From Klebsormidium nitens (taxonomy: Eukaryota; Plantae; Klebsormidiophyceae), in the NCBI GenBank assembly GCA_000708835.1, contig DF237129.1, positions 94,907 through 158,906 on the forward strand: 64,000 nt of DNA, in the 5' to 3' direction. Position 1 is the first letter of the stretch; each line of letters opens with the position of its first letter. Below the pieces are notes generated by a model. That model was not told the DNA's origin. It worked only from the letters and a program-made list of their open reading frames with translations, and made no database searches. Position numbers and translations under genes: made by a program. Below, piece after piece: positions 1 to 13,229 of this stretch.

Positions 1-3000
1 CGAACGCCTGCAGCACCCTGATATTGTCTGCAATGCGCTGGAGCGGGTTGTTGAAGATGGATGGGTTCCTGCAAGGGGGGGAATTTGCTTAAGTTGTCCC
101 CCCGACTTATGAAAGGGAATAGGGAGCGCCTTGGATACGAAACGCATCCGTTCAAAAAGGTTCCATGCGAGCACGCTGGAATGCGTTCTTGGTTTTGGAA
201 CTGAAAGATTGATGATAGGGACGGCTTGCTTTCAGTCCACAAAATCAGCAGGCCAGGGCTATCATCTGCGCTGAAGAAGCAGACACCTGACCACTTTCGC
301 CGACAAGGATTGGAAGTGAGAGGAACGCCAAAGAGAGTAGGGAGAAACAACGGCGACAGGACTTCTGCATCTGCAGTACGCTGAAGCTGAGAGTTCAGGA
401 AGCATCGCCTCAGGCGGAAAGAGAAATTGGAAAAGCAGAGGATTGGCCGGCGAAAAACAACCGCGACTCACTTGAAGACGAGCTTGATCATGCTCTCCGT
501 GTCGTAGTCCAACCGGTCCAGCACCGCAAGCACGCCGTCAACCCGCCTTTCCAGGTCGCAGAACGGCGAGAAGTAGCGGGGATAGCTTATGAGCAGCGCG
601 ATCGCCATCTCTCGGGTTATGTGCAGGCGCTCCTGGAGAAAGTCGATGCGGTCCTCCACGCTCAACCGGATCGCGCTGATGTCCTCCGGGTTCTTGTAGT
701 TGCGGGTTAGGAAGCGGGTTAGGTAAACCGCCATGTCCAGGGACGAGCTGTCGAGGCCGAAGTCGGAGTCTGCAGAACTTGAGGAGGGCGTGTCAGTCAC
801 ACAGCGAGGTTTACATTCTACAAATATACAGATCAAAGAGAGGGCACAAACACGCATACAGAACATTACTGATGAATACTGCGAACCGATCAGGAGTGGC
901 GATGTAAAGAACCGAAAAGCGGAAACCGGAAAGGTAATGTCGAGGCCAAAATCCGGTCTGGAGAACAGAACAAAGGGCTGAACCATGCCAGTCCTTTCGG
1001 CACTGCCAATCTCAAGTTGGCTAGGCTATAAACAATACCGACCAACCAAAAGACCAAGACGCACCTTCTGTTGACCCCTGCAAAACTGAGATCTGTTCAA
1101 GGTAACGCGCTCCTAGCTCTTGAAATCGTTATCTCGTGGCAAGTCTGGTCAGATCGATTCTGCACACCCGGAAAATCAATTGATATAAGGTGGGAGCTTT
1201 AGCAGAGTCTGGATCCGAGTTCCGAGCGACACTCACCAGAGAGCGTTTCGCAGTAGCTGTTGACAGCCTGCGCGCGCTTGATCAGCGTCTTGTAGAACTC
1301 CTCCTTGAACGCGTCCAGCTTGGCCACCCCCGACTCTAGTTCCAGAGCGTCCAGGAAGCCCTGCAGAGGACGCGATGCTACAGTGTCAAGCGGCGCAGGA
1401 TTTTGCGATGCTCGAGGGAGCAGCGCTGCCGCCTAATACGGAGCGAAGCACTCCACTTTGCAGGGGTCACAAATCAGAACGGCAGAACGGCTTTCGATAC
1501 CTGGTAGTTGATAAAGCGCAGCAAAGCCACCGCAAACGAGACACGTGAAGCGTTCACTTTTCGATGTCGGACTTTGAACGGCAGCGCTGCGGTTCTGGTC
1601 GTTGTAAGGCCCTTCGTAGTTCTGAAGTTCCCCTGTTGTCCGTTCCCAGTCCTCAAGAGAGTTTTCGCAGGAAAGAGTCCGTAGTAACAATTGGGTGGGC
1701 TCCTCGATAGATTTACCCGTCACTTTCTGGTCATGCGGGGTCCGTCGAAACACCGAGCGCACTTGGCACAGGGGCGCCAGCGGTTCCTCAAATATAGCAA
1801 GTGCTATCGGGAGGGGTGTAGGGTTGAAGTCTGTGGGGCTTTAATTCTGGGCTTTCGGGTACCATGAAGCGGCGTGTCGAAGTTATGTTTCCTTGAAAGT
1901 GTCCCATTGTTTCCAATTTCTCAGAGCAAACTGACCGATTGAGATCGCGGTGTGGCTCCGCCTGGCCGCTTGAGACTTCCAAGGGGCTTCTTGTCATTCC
2001 AAGCAGCACAGCAGATTTGTTACAGCGGAAGTGGAGTCCACACTATCTCGCCAGAAACTTGCCTGGTGAAAGAACTTCGGACGTTCCTCGGGCCGCAGCG
2101 CCAGCAGCTCCTGGAACGCGTCGTTCGGCCCGAAGCGGAACGGCACGTGCAGCCGGCTGTCGTCATAGCTCAGCCCGTACTCGACGTCAGCCTGCGCGTC
2201 TGCAGATGGGAACGGCGATCCTAAGACGAATTTTTCGAAATATCCTCCTTTGTTTGTTTCTTTTTCATTCCGGCCGCAGCCAAGGAGGTAGGGAACCCTC
2301 CTTTAACCAACAACGGGCTAGAGGGTTCAAGTGTCCCTCAAAGAGGATCGGGTTTGCTCCTGACTAACGCCTGCATAAGTTTTCGTGATGTCCGTTCACA
2401 GTGGACGGGCTTCCTCCGTGTTATTTTGACAACTTCAGTCATTGAAAAAGTGCACGGAAGAACGACAAGGTCCTAGCTCGCCCGGTGCTCGACATCAGTT
2501 TGCGATTCTGCAGCCGAGCAAAGAACATCCGAGTGACGTCACATTATTCCGGAAATGTCTTCTGCTTCAAACACAATCACACCCTTATGATTGGCCCAGT
2601 CCACAGATCCCCGGGTGAGCTCCCAGTCTTGACCGATGTACATCACTCGATGAAGTACGGCCTGCTTAACTCTCATCAGCGGATCACTAGCGGAAACCGT
2701 AACTTTCATGAAATCTTCAAAACCCGGCTACCCCGGCCTGATTCTCGCCGAACCAGCGCACCTGCGGCTTGAGCTCTTTGTCAAATGTACTTCGCGTCAG
2801 CTGCCATAGCAGGGTCTGCTCGATCGCAACAACCCAATCCTTCATAGCTTAAGCGAACACAGAAACAAAAGAAACCCGAAAAACCCAAAACCTCACCCAC
2901 GTCCTGGCGCGGCCGGCGGACCTCCGGCTTGAGCTCTCTGCCATTGCTATGCGCGCCAGCTGCCAACTTGACTCTGCTTAATCCACAATTTCGACACCCC

Positions 3001-4980
3001 AACTCTTCATAAGTTAAGAAGAACCCAAAAAACAGATAGCCAAAACCCCAAAAACTCACCCTCATCCTGGCGCAACCTGGCACACCCGGCTTGAGCTCTC
3101 TGTCATTGCTGCGCGCCAGCTGCTTAGTTCTCGAGTTCAAAACCCCAACCCTTCATAACTTATAAAAGAACCTCAAAGACTCACCCTCGTCCTGGCGCGG
3201 CCCGCGCACCTCCGGCTTGAGCTCCCCGTCGTCCCACAGGCGCATCACCTTGCGGATCATGGCCTGCGCGCTGCCCTGGTGCGCCGCAAAGTGCTCGGCC
3301 AGCACCGACTTGCGCGTCTGCTGCGCTTTCGGGCGCGCGCGCATCTTGGTCTCGATCGCCTCCTGCCGCTCGCTTTTCTTGGGGAGCAAGCCAGCCTTTT
3401 TGAGCTCGGCAATCTTGTCGGCGGCATACTGGCCTGCAGGTGGCAAGTCGTCAAGAATGAAGCCATGACCCGCTGAAGGAGAAACTAGATTGGACCTTCG
3501 GATTGAGATGTCATAACGAGGAAGAATAGAGGAAGGGGGGCAAGACTTAAGTTGTCAACTCTGGACTCCAAATCCGCACAGACCAATGGGGGTAGTAGCC
3601 TGATTGGAGCAGAATGTGAATAAAGTTTGAACCAAGACATGTAGTTGTGAGCTAAGACAAGTTAATGATGACATGCTGTTCAAAGTCCCATGCCGGACCA
3701 GATTCCTGCTGACCGTCCAATTGATGAAAAGTGCTGTACAGGTTTCGTCTAAAGAACAGCTTTAGGCAAGTGACTTTTTGTGACAAACTCCGTAAGCTTT
3801 TTGGCAGATAGAAGAAGACCACATCTTTTCTAGCAAACGGCCAAAGTGGCTGCCATTATGGGATGCTTCCAAGTCTTCTTGCATAAGCACGATGACCAGA
3901 ACCATCATGTTTACCCAGTAAGTCTGCTTAGCGACACTTCAAGAGCACAAGGACAGCGCGCGAAACCACACCTGTGACTGCGCTGAACTTCTTGCGCCGC
4001 CGCGCATTCAACGGGTCGACGTCCAACGTGTCCTTTTGCAGGAGCGCCGCCAGGCTGCTCTCAATCCCCTGCTCCGCCAGAGCCGCCTCCTCATCCTCCC
4101 AATTCACCCCCTCGTCCTCACTCTCGTCTTCGTGACCCTTTCTGTTCGGCCGCAACGTCTCCCGTATCATCTCCAGCTTCTTTGGATCCCCCAGCCGGAA
4201 GAACGGGTTCTTCTTGCCATGCGATCGCTTCTTCGGAATCAGCCGCTCCCGCCGCGGCAACTGCTGCAGCTCCTCATAGTCGAGCTGCTCAAGCTGAGCA
4301 ATCTTGGCCGCCCGGAGGACGTCAGCCGACTTCTCATCGGTCAGGTCCAGGTTGTCGAGGTCGACCTCCTCTTCCGACGGGGCCGCCACCTTGTTGCTCT
4401 TTGACCACGCCAACGGTCCAAAACGTGTCCTCGCTTTGCCTGCAGCGCCCCTAGGAGCCGTCCAAACGCCCCGTAATGCGTCCACCTCTTTCCGAACCCC
4501 ACCCAAACCTGGCCGCATCCCACTTGAACCTTCTCGGAACCCCTCGGGCCCTTTTCGAGGTGCATTTGCTCCAATCCCACTTTGTGCCAAAGTGTCTGGC
4601 GTTGCCCCGTTGCAGCCTGCTCGCAAATACGTGACAGGTTGTCTGAAACAGAAAAGCCGCTGTCCGGCTTCATCGTGGCACCGTCCAATGCCCCTCCGCT
4701 TTGCCGCCTTACCCCAGCCCCACCCACCCAAGACATCAAATGCGGCCTGCGCATTCAGCGGCCCCTGCCGCGCACCTTTGTTGCAACTGAAGGCTCTGTC
4801 TGAGGACCCTGCACCCCCACAGCTGGCTCTCAACTGGCTTCGCACGGGTCGAGAGTATTCGAATGCAAAATGACTTCCATAGCTGGTGCTCGCCCCCTGG
4901 TCCAGGCAACCTTCACAGCCCACCCTCTCTGCGAAACGGCCGGGGAAGGTCTGCGCGGTGGCACTCATTGTCACTGACAT
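1..4980 (-). CDS. mTERF-like protein, probably organelle-targeted; 3' end lies beyond the left edge
   Basis: Phase-consistent exons 4980-3972, 3433-3185, 2199-2063 (GC donor), 1360-1237, 769-472 and 68-<1. The last two give FLQERLHITREMAIALLISYPRYFSPFCDLERRVDGVLAVLDRLDYDTESMIKLVFK|NPSIFNNPLQRIADNIRVLQAF, which resembles mTERF helical repeats. The N-terminus is Ser/Ala/Arg-rich like a transit peptide. The family call is an inference. Confidence 0.6.
2740..3230 (-). repeat. Three decayed intronic copies of an exon 3' end plus donor site
   Basis: The motif ggcttgagctc occurs at 3214 (true exon), 3088, 2926 and 2766 (spacing 126, 162, 160 nt). The copies translate as variants of ELKPEVRGPRQDE, and two keep a GTGAG donor. 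Confidence 0.85.
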
Positions 4981-6101
4981 TGTGACCAGCACTTCAAACA
5001 AATACAAGTGAGGTCATGAGGACGACGGGGTGCAATGTTCAAAAAGCATTCCCGCAGGTTCAAGAAGCTAACGACACGAGTGCGGCACAGCAAAGGCAAC
5101 AACTACGACCGGTTTTCATGTTGATTTGACCAGCTTCAGCAAGCTGACCTCTGGTGCAATTGTCTAGGGGCCACACAATGCCTGCTGAGGCTCTCGCTAC
5201 AAATGAACATTGTAAAGACTTTGAATTCAGTGCGTGCAATTGCTCTGGAGTCTGGGTAAAGAAGTTGCTTCTTTTTCTCAGCCGAGGAAACAAAACCTGG
5301 GGCGCTCTCATGAGTCATTGGCGCCATTCACGCCAAGAATGGTAACCGTCGGGGTTTGACGGTAACGGAGAAGCAACCCTAATAGTCTGGATGCCGCGGG
5401 CGGGCTGCCGCCAGCTGCGCGGCCGCGTCCTGGTTCGAATGTACAACTGCCTGCGCAATTAAGAAAACTTTCCAGGCCGGTTGGTAATGTCGACAAGTCC
5501 AAAAGAGTTACTATGAGTCTAATAGTCCTCGCTTCCATTCTGTCCAGCACAGCGTACGTCTTACTTACGTCTTACTTACACTCGGCTTTTCGATGCCCAT
5601 AGCTTCGGATATGGCGCCGTCGAGGCCATGCGAGAAAGCGGAGCTCGCATGAATTGCGCATGCGTTCAAATTGAAGGACCGAACGGCACGAAAGGGAAGA
5701 CTGCTTATGTGCCGCTTCGACATGACAACATGAAGCTCTGACGTGAGTACTGACCACGATCGGGCGACCGAAGCGCTGTGACTCTCGGCTTTCATTGACG
5801 ATAGATTTCCAGCTGTGCTTAAAGTCTTCAAGACTTAAGTTCGACCCCATAGGGCCGGGCACAAGTTATTCTTTTCACAAGGTGACCTGGCAGAGTAGCG
5901 TACCTCCATAGGTGGGAGCTCTGCTTACGAGGCCCTCCGCTTCGCCTCTTTCTGCGTAGCAGTTTCTGTAGTCAAATTGGATCTGATCAGGGAAGGTCAT
6001 TGTCCTCCGCAAACTGCAGGCTGGCTTCCTTCTAATTGATTCTAGCTAGAGGGCAACGCTGAAGTCGCAGAAGCTACAAAGAAGCGGAAGAAAGCTGCAG
6101 T

Positions 6102-7016
6102 ATGGAGAAGTTGGACGAAGGCATGTTCGGGATTCTTCTCAAGTTCGTGCGCCCAGAAGAAGCATGCAGGCTGGGAGCAACATCCAGAACGTTCTTGCGA
6201 TGGACGGAACAGAGCGCTCTGTGGAAAGGCTGGTGCGAAGAAGCGTTTCCTTCGATCACGACCTCCCCTGCGAAGAAGACTGTGCGCGTGCTTTGTGAGC
6301 GCGTGGAGACAGACTCTGAGCGCGCGCGCGCATACAAGCGGCTGTACGCCGCGCCGCAAGGGAGCCAGCGCGCATCTCAGAGCGTTCCGGCGGAACCTCC
6401 TTCCGCTCCCTCCTGGTCTGGCCTCGTCTCTCAGCTCCAAGATTCCGTCCTTCTGGTGGACGTGTTTGCGGGAGAGGAGGCTGTTCTGGCATGCTCGATC
6501 GACGGGGAAAGAATGACCCCCGCAGCTGGTGACAGATATTGGAGCGTCAAAGTCGAAGCAACTCATATTCCAGCGGCGGAGAAATGGCTGAGAGTCGCTT
6601 TCGAGGAGGACCGGAACACTCGGGTGAATGCGAGCATGATCTCCCGGTTGCTGGCTGGGGAGCCCCCGGGGGAGCCCCTCCACGCCCCGGCTGAACGTCA
6701 CGACATCCTGGCCTTCTCATGCAAGATGATGCGCAAAAGCGACGGCGGAGAAGTGCGCGCGCTTATTGATAAGGCGGCGCTTTTCACGGTGGAGGTCTGG
6801 CCCAGGTGGCTTCAGAGAGTGTCAGAGAGGCATACGCACAGATCCCGGCACCAGATCTACTCGGGCGACAATAGCAGAATGGGGCTCCCGGTGCACGTCC
6901 AGTGCGCGCTTCAGTGTGAATACTCTTTCTCAACTGGGACGGGGCCGTGCTCCAGGCGCTGGGAAGAGTCAGATTTTCAGAGGTATCTGCTCGAACTTAC
7001 CCTCATCAGCAGGTGA
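6102..7016 (+). CDS. Intronless F-box domain protein (304 aa)
   Basis: The N-terminus MEKLDEGMFGILLKFVRPEEACRLGATSRTFLRWTEQSALWKGWC fits the F-box pattern (L..I..F.....CR....SR.F......LW...C). It is a single ATG-to-stop ORF. The C-terminal part is unrecognised. Confidence 0.7.
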   Translation: MEKLDEGMFGILLKFVRPEEACRLGATSRTFLRWTEQSALWKGWCEEAFPSITTSPAKKTVRVLCERVETDSERARAYKRLYAAPQGSQRASQSVPAEPPSAPSWSGLVSQLQDSVLLVDVFAGEEAVLACSIDGERMTPAAGDRYWSVKVEATHIPAAEKWLRVAFEEDRNTRVNASMISRLLAGEPPGEPLHAPAERHDILAFSCKMMRKSDGGEVRALIDKAALFTVEVWPRWLQRVSERHTHRSRHQIYSGDNSRMGLPVHVQCALQCEYSFSTGTGPCSRRWEESDFQRYLLELTLISR

Positions 7017-8230
7017 CTGGTGAACGTATGAGTGAGGTCCGCAGAGATATAGTCGCTAAACGAGGTCCTGCTTTGTAGAACTTTCTCCGGCATGATGGAC
7101 AGTCGTCTCTTGCTGTCGGGCAATATAACTTGACTGGACGGTTTGCCAGGAGCCTGCATCACCCTTCATCTCGAGAGGAAATTACGTTGGTGGTAGTGCA
7201 CAACGCGTAGCTGCAGCGGGTATTTTTGTAAACTATCTTCACTTGACAATCGACTGATCTTTCTCATTTCTCTGCACCGGAATGGCGCCCCTGGCATGCC
7301 GTTCTGTAAGTTCGTTCTTTCCTCAATATTCTTTCGGGCCTGTAGAACAACATGTGTACGCTGTATAACAGCCCGAAAACAGATTTGATACAATATTGAG
7401 CAGAGCTCCATGTGGCGGCTGCCAAGCATCTGGGCCTTCCATACGAGCCGTAAATGCGATTTTGCAGGGAATGGTATAGGTGGGTCATGCAAACAACGCG
7501 ACCGCTTTCGCCTTTGAGGATCCGTGTGCGCATGGGCTCTGTAGCCAGTGGCTTTTAAGAAGAGCAGTCATATGGTCGTCTCACATGTGGTCGATTCATT
7601 AATCCCTCCAATGAATAATGGAGGAGCGGCTTTGCCTCTTTCGAAAATTGGCGTGGCCAGTGCTGTTGACGCGTTAGTTTTAAGTACATGGAGCAGGAAC
7701 TGTAAACTCTGGAAACATTATCTAGCCAGCCATGATCAGTCTGCGCCGGCCACAAGACTAGATGTAAGCACTTCAGTAGGTGGTACTGATCACTGCCAGG
7801 GCATTGATGAATTTTCATGTACCTTACGTATCATGGACTGATGCATAAAAGCGGCCGGGCCGGGCTGCAGTGAACATGGAAGGTCAGATTTGAAAAGCCT
7901 CCTTTGCAGCATCGGAATTTCAAAGGGTCGCCGTATGCTGCAAATGGATCATGCTTAAGCAATTGGCATGCATGACATGACATCGAAAATCCTTACGTGA
8001 AGCTAAGTCTGTCCTGTCTGCATATCTTGCTCGCGTGTCTCATTCCGATGAACATGACCTCTCTTTGCATACCTTCACTTTCTCGCGCTGCGCTCATAAT
8101 ATTGAGGATGCTACTACACTATACTGCAGCCCTTTCTTTTAATTCTGAGGAGCTCAACCTCATTACGTAATGTTGCCCCTGAACGGCGTATTACTTGTGT
8201 TCGCTTGGATTCTGCACCCCTTCATGCCGC

Positions 8231-11200
8231 CTACATGCGCCCGTTAACTTTCTCCAACTTTTCGTCCCACAGGTCATCAAAAGACTTGAACGGTCCGTTG
8301 TCTGAAAGCATGTTTTGGAAGGTTATACGCTTCTTCTGCGGCGAGATCCGGCAGAGGGCGTCGTAATCCTCCTCGGAAAGTGACCAGTCAGCAACATCCA
8401 GGTTGCCCTGCAGAAGAGCGTTGATACCCAATCAGAAAATCTCTCGGACCATTCATGGAATGCTCGGTCCGCATCTACTAGATCTGTGCAGGACATCAAA
8501 GATGCGGGTGGCGTTTCTATTCAAAGCTTTCCGGACTTTCGGCTCCCGACAGCCTTGATGCTTAGACTTATGAAGACAAGACCTGTCTGAAGGCCAGAGA
8601 GGTAAAAGCGAGTCTGGAGGGCAAAATGTGGGAAGTGGTCTGCAGAGCGACCAAAGAGAGAAGAGGAAGGCCTTCCGAAAAGGGGACTTTGAAGAGTCCA
8701 GATGAAAAGGATAGCGTCAGACCTTGATTCGCTCCGGGTTTTCACTTGTCGGCAGCACGACGCAGCCGTGTTGGAGGCCCCACCGCAGCAGCACCTGCCC
8801 GGGGTTCTTGCTAACCTTCTGAGCAATCTGCTTCACGGTCTCGTTCTGCCACAGATGGATCAAGCAGTCAGCGATTGCCAGGCTTGTCGTCCATTTCAAT
8901 AAATCTTTCATGTGCGTAGCTTTTAGTTTTGAAATTGCTTCCGCCGTCGATATACGGCGGGGCTATATGGTTGCGGCAACTTGGCTTGAACCGGCATGCT
9001 AGATATTGCCCCTGGGAAGCATCGTCCAACGGAACGGAACTTACAACAATCGAACGTACAAGAGATTGCGCAAGAAAGGGGCAGAGATTCTGCCTCCAAA
9101 CCAGCAAGAATCAAGACTCAGGGATTGGGTTCAGTGCCCTTGCTCCCAGACCGTTCTAGAGACCGGTTTTACAGAATCTATGTCTTGAGTGTGCTGGAAA
9201 CCGGGGAGCGCAAAATCGGAGAGGCGCCCACCTCCCACAGCTTTTCGAATTCGGGCCGCGCCCCGCCCAGTGGAAAGTACGCGGTCGGGACAATCCCGTT
9301 GGCGTGCGCGTGGCTAATAAGATCGTCGTTGCGCCAGCCCGGGTGGACCTCAATCTGCACAGCCAAGTTTCGCCGTCGAAGAATGGAAAGAGTGGAGGGT
9401 TCGTCTGAAGATCTATCTGCAGATCTTCGAAGGACTGGGCTTTGGTGGAGGGGCTACACTTTTACTCCAATGAGAACGCCTACGAAATGGAGTCGAGCCT
9501 TTGCGGAATGTCATATTGAGGGGGATGCGGGGAAACCATTTGAAACTACCAATCGTTGTTTGGGAGATGCTGAGCTACAAATTACGAGGGAGACGCCCGT
9601 TAGTGTTCGTGCTCTGCCTTTCCTCCAGTGTCTGCTGCAACCGTGTCTTCAAGAACAAAACGTGCTACGCCTTCGAAGGCATATTTAACGTAAGCAAGTC
9701 GGCCGCTGCCGGCCAGAGGGCTCACCTGATGGACGGCGGGCCGGATGCTGACACGTGGCAGCAGATCGCCGAGCTTCTTGAGAGAAAAGTTGCTGATTCC
9801 AATCGCTTTCGCGAGGCCCTCCATGTGAATCTCCTCCATGCCCTCCCAAGTTTCCTGAATGACACCGGATTACACGCAATCTTTTGAGGGATATATTTAC
9901 CTTGCCCCCAACTCTCGTCACTTTTTCCTTTTCCAAGACGGAAGAGACGACTCTCAGCTTTTCCGAACGCGAATGCCGAAGGTAAGAGGGACATTGTTGG
10001 AGCCGGGGAAAGGAGGCGTACGCCAAAGCTGGTGGCTAGGTATTTGGAAAAGTCAAACAAACAAAAAAAGTTTTTGGACAATCGAGGGACTTTTTCTGGA
10101 GAGCATGATGAGCAACTTTATGAAGGGCATCTATGCCGGCAAGCGGCTGACGGTACTACAATGTCATTGGAGGGTGAGAATTAACCCGGCAGGACGTCAG
10201 ATCTAAACATCTAACGGGAACTTTTGACAAACGCGTGCCAACAGTTACGGAGTCACTGATCCCGACTTCGAGCATGCTGGCGGCATTTTCTCAGCAATAA
10301 CACCAGGAAACTGAGCCAGAAAGCTGAGAACGTCATCATGAGGTGTTGGGGAGTCAAGAATAGCTCACGTGCAGCGGGACCGTCGAGAAAGGCGTGTGCA
10401 CGAGGTAGAGGTCCACATAGTCCATGTTCAGCTTCGCGAGTGACTCCAGCAGGGCCGGCCGCACATTCTCCCGCCCGTGCCGCTCGTGCCACAGCTTCGT
10501 CGTGATGAACAGTTCCTCTCTAGTTACCACGCCTTCCTGCGCACGGATTGAGGGTCTGGTCGTCTGAGAATGTGTGATCTTGGGCAGGAGTGCCTTCTAC
10601 TTCGTTACGGGCAACACTAGGGTGCCAAAAGAATTACTGTCAAGACTACTGGCGTATGTGAATGAAAAGATCCAAACAGAAGAACTCTTATTCCGGAATA
10701 GAACGCCACGCCTGAAAGACGTGTTGTAAACCAGTCTATTCCTCAGATTCTGGATCACTTCCACTGCTTGTGGGAGCAGATTCGTACTGAAACAAGATCC
10801 GTCACACCTGCTGGCTGTCTTGAACATGGGGCATCGAGGGCCTGTGAAGTGCAGTGGACGTCACCAGACTACTATGCCAACTCTACGTTCTCAACCGTTA
10901 TTCTTGGGACAGCCCTTTGTGATTTCCTTGATAATAAGACGTGCAGGCACGGAGGATGCCAGCACGATACTCAGCTCGGATTCAACATGTCCACTTCGCA
11001 AGTCAATCTTGTCCAAAAGGTCAGCAACGAACGCCAATTTGACCCAGGAAGAAGACTCAACTTTTTTTTTTTTGACCTTAACATTGTCGTAAAAGCACGA
11101 GGCAGTCCGACGCGTGGTACTTGCCTTGTTACTGTGCTTGCAATCATATCTAACAGAACATCAGCATTAAGGCAGACTCGTACAACCCAAACTCTATCTC

Positions 11201-12464
11201 TGGTGGACTTCTTTCCTGAAGTCCACGAACCAAGCTAAATAAGATGTGGTGTTGCGAAGGGTCCAAACGCACCTTGATGAGTTTCGCAACAGCGTTCCCG
11301 ACCTGTGGCTCAGTTCCATAGATGGCAGCTGTATCAATGTGCTGCAAAAGAAGCGAAGAGCTTCAACAGTTTTTACAAGCATAGATTTGAGGCAATCAAG
11401 AAGGACTCAATTCCATTCTGTCAGAACAACAAGGATTACTCTGTGACCTTAAGTCGAACAGGCTTAAGTGGTGATTTTGATCAGTGGTGATTTTGCCTTT
11501 GGCTCTACGTTCCCGGTGACTTCAAGGGGACTGCCTTTGGAGCACCGGGGTCCCTCGTTGTCGCAATTCTCGAACGCCCGTGCTAAGGAGAGCAGATTTA
11601 TGTCTGCATCCTTGCTGAGAATACAGCCTCCGACATAAACATGCTTTGCAAGGCCAGTGTACACCCTCTATGTCCACATTGTCAATCAACAAGGGACTGC
11701 TTAGTCTTACCCGACAGCCTGAGCGGACTGCCACCTCGATGCACTCCTCCAGCTTCTTGGCTTTGGCGTCCCCTGACCGGGACCAGGAGACTCCACCAAC
11801 ACCATAGCCTATGGCGGGGAGCACAGCGCCTGTGATATGGGCAGCAAACTTATAATATGCACCTTTTGAACGACACTCCAGATGGAACCACTTATTGATA
11901 CTTCTAGATGGAAAGTCTCCGAATGGTTCCTCTCTGCTGGGATCTAACATGCATCAAACACGATGAGATCAATGGGCAATGAAAAGGCTGACCCAATTGC
12001 TTTTGCTGACAACAAGGTCTCCATGACCGCCTGTGCGTACACAGTAGTGGTGCTGGCATACTCGGGCACCTCCTACTAGAAACACACTTGATATTTTCAC
12101 ATCGGAAATTGATCAGATGCAAGCAAATCTCTCTGGCTAAGCTTGGTGACTTCAGCTCTCTAAAAGGCGCCCTAACAGCAATTGGGCATGGTGCTGACGG
12201 CATATTGTTGAGATGCATCATTTGAACGCCCGATTTCAGAAGCGCAGTACTTGCATTTGCCTTCTGCATCTTTTCGTGTCTGCCTTCTACTGGGGCTCCA
12301 GCTTCCTTACCTGTGTTCAACTTGGTGTAGAGCAACCCCTTCTCATCCTTGTGTAGAGACAACTTTCCAGGTCCTGAATTTTGCTCTGTGCTTTGAGTTG
12401 CCATCGCTCTGAATGCCGACCTTGTAGACTTTGCAGATTTCCAGATTGTCAAACGAGAGAGCAT
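8231..12464 (-). CDS. Aldo-keto reductase with an N-terminal transit-like extension
   Basis: Spliced exons give LNTG|AVLPAIGYG, CR|HIDTAAIYGTE, EELFITTKLW, DYVDLYLVHTP, AIGISNFS, AVHQ|IEVHP, GQVLLRWGLQHG and NLDVADWSLSEED. The catalytic tetrad D/Y/K/H is present. The ATG is at 12464. Confidence 0.93.
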
Positions 12465-13229
12465 ATACGATGGCTTCAAGACCTGAGAGGTACGAAGCAG
12501 AGTGCAACTTTGGCTGCTGCTTCTCAGAAGCTCACGGCACTGCATGAGGCGTCTATTTTGAATATGCGTGTAGCGGATTAGCACCCAATGGTGTGAGAAA
12601 GAGGTGCTGCTGAACAGCGTGAAGGACGTAAAACTGATCTATGCTTGCCTCCTTATGTAACTCTTCCACAACTTGAAAGATGAACATTGAAGAGTGTTCC
12701 TCATCCGAGCAATGCATGCACAGCCGCTACGACTGCTTGGATAGCTGCTGATCAAGGGCCGTAGCAGGCTTAGGCTGTAGCATCAATGCCTGAGCATACA
12801 TTGAGCTATGCCAAAGGGGGATCATCGCACTTCGCCTTCCCCCGGGCTGGTGAACGCAAGTCAGTACACCGGCGGTCGAAACCGGCCAGAGCCAAAACTC
12901 AATTCGGGCCCGCGCAGGTCCCGGGTGAACAAAGAAAAAATCGACCGAGGGCTCCTGCCGCGCTCGGAGCAACGCTCGCGGTTATCAAAACGTCCCTTGA
13001 AAGCGGGCTGCCGCCCCGGCAGCGGTAAAGGGTTACCATTACCATACATTGCAGGCTGCTGCGATACGGTCCTTTTTATGATGGTTGCAGCCATTGGTTG
13101 TGCAGCCACCTTCAACAAGTTGCTAGCAGCCGCACTGGGCAGAAACAGGAAGCACTTCCAAGTTCCATTGGCGGCATCAGCATCTTCAGGAACTCTTGGA
13201 GAGGTTTCTCTCAGCAGCAGAGTGTACGA

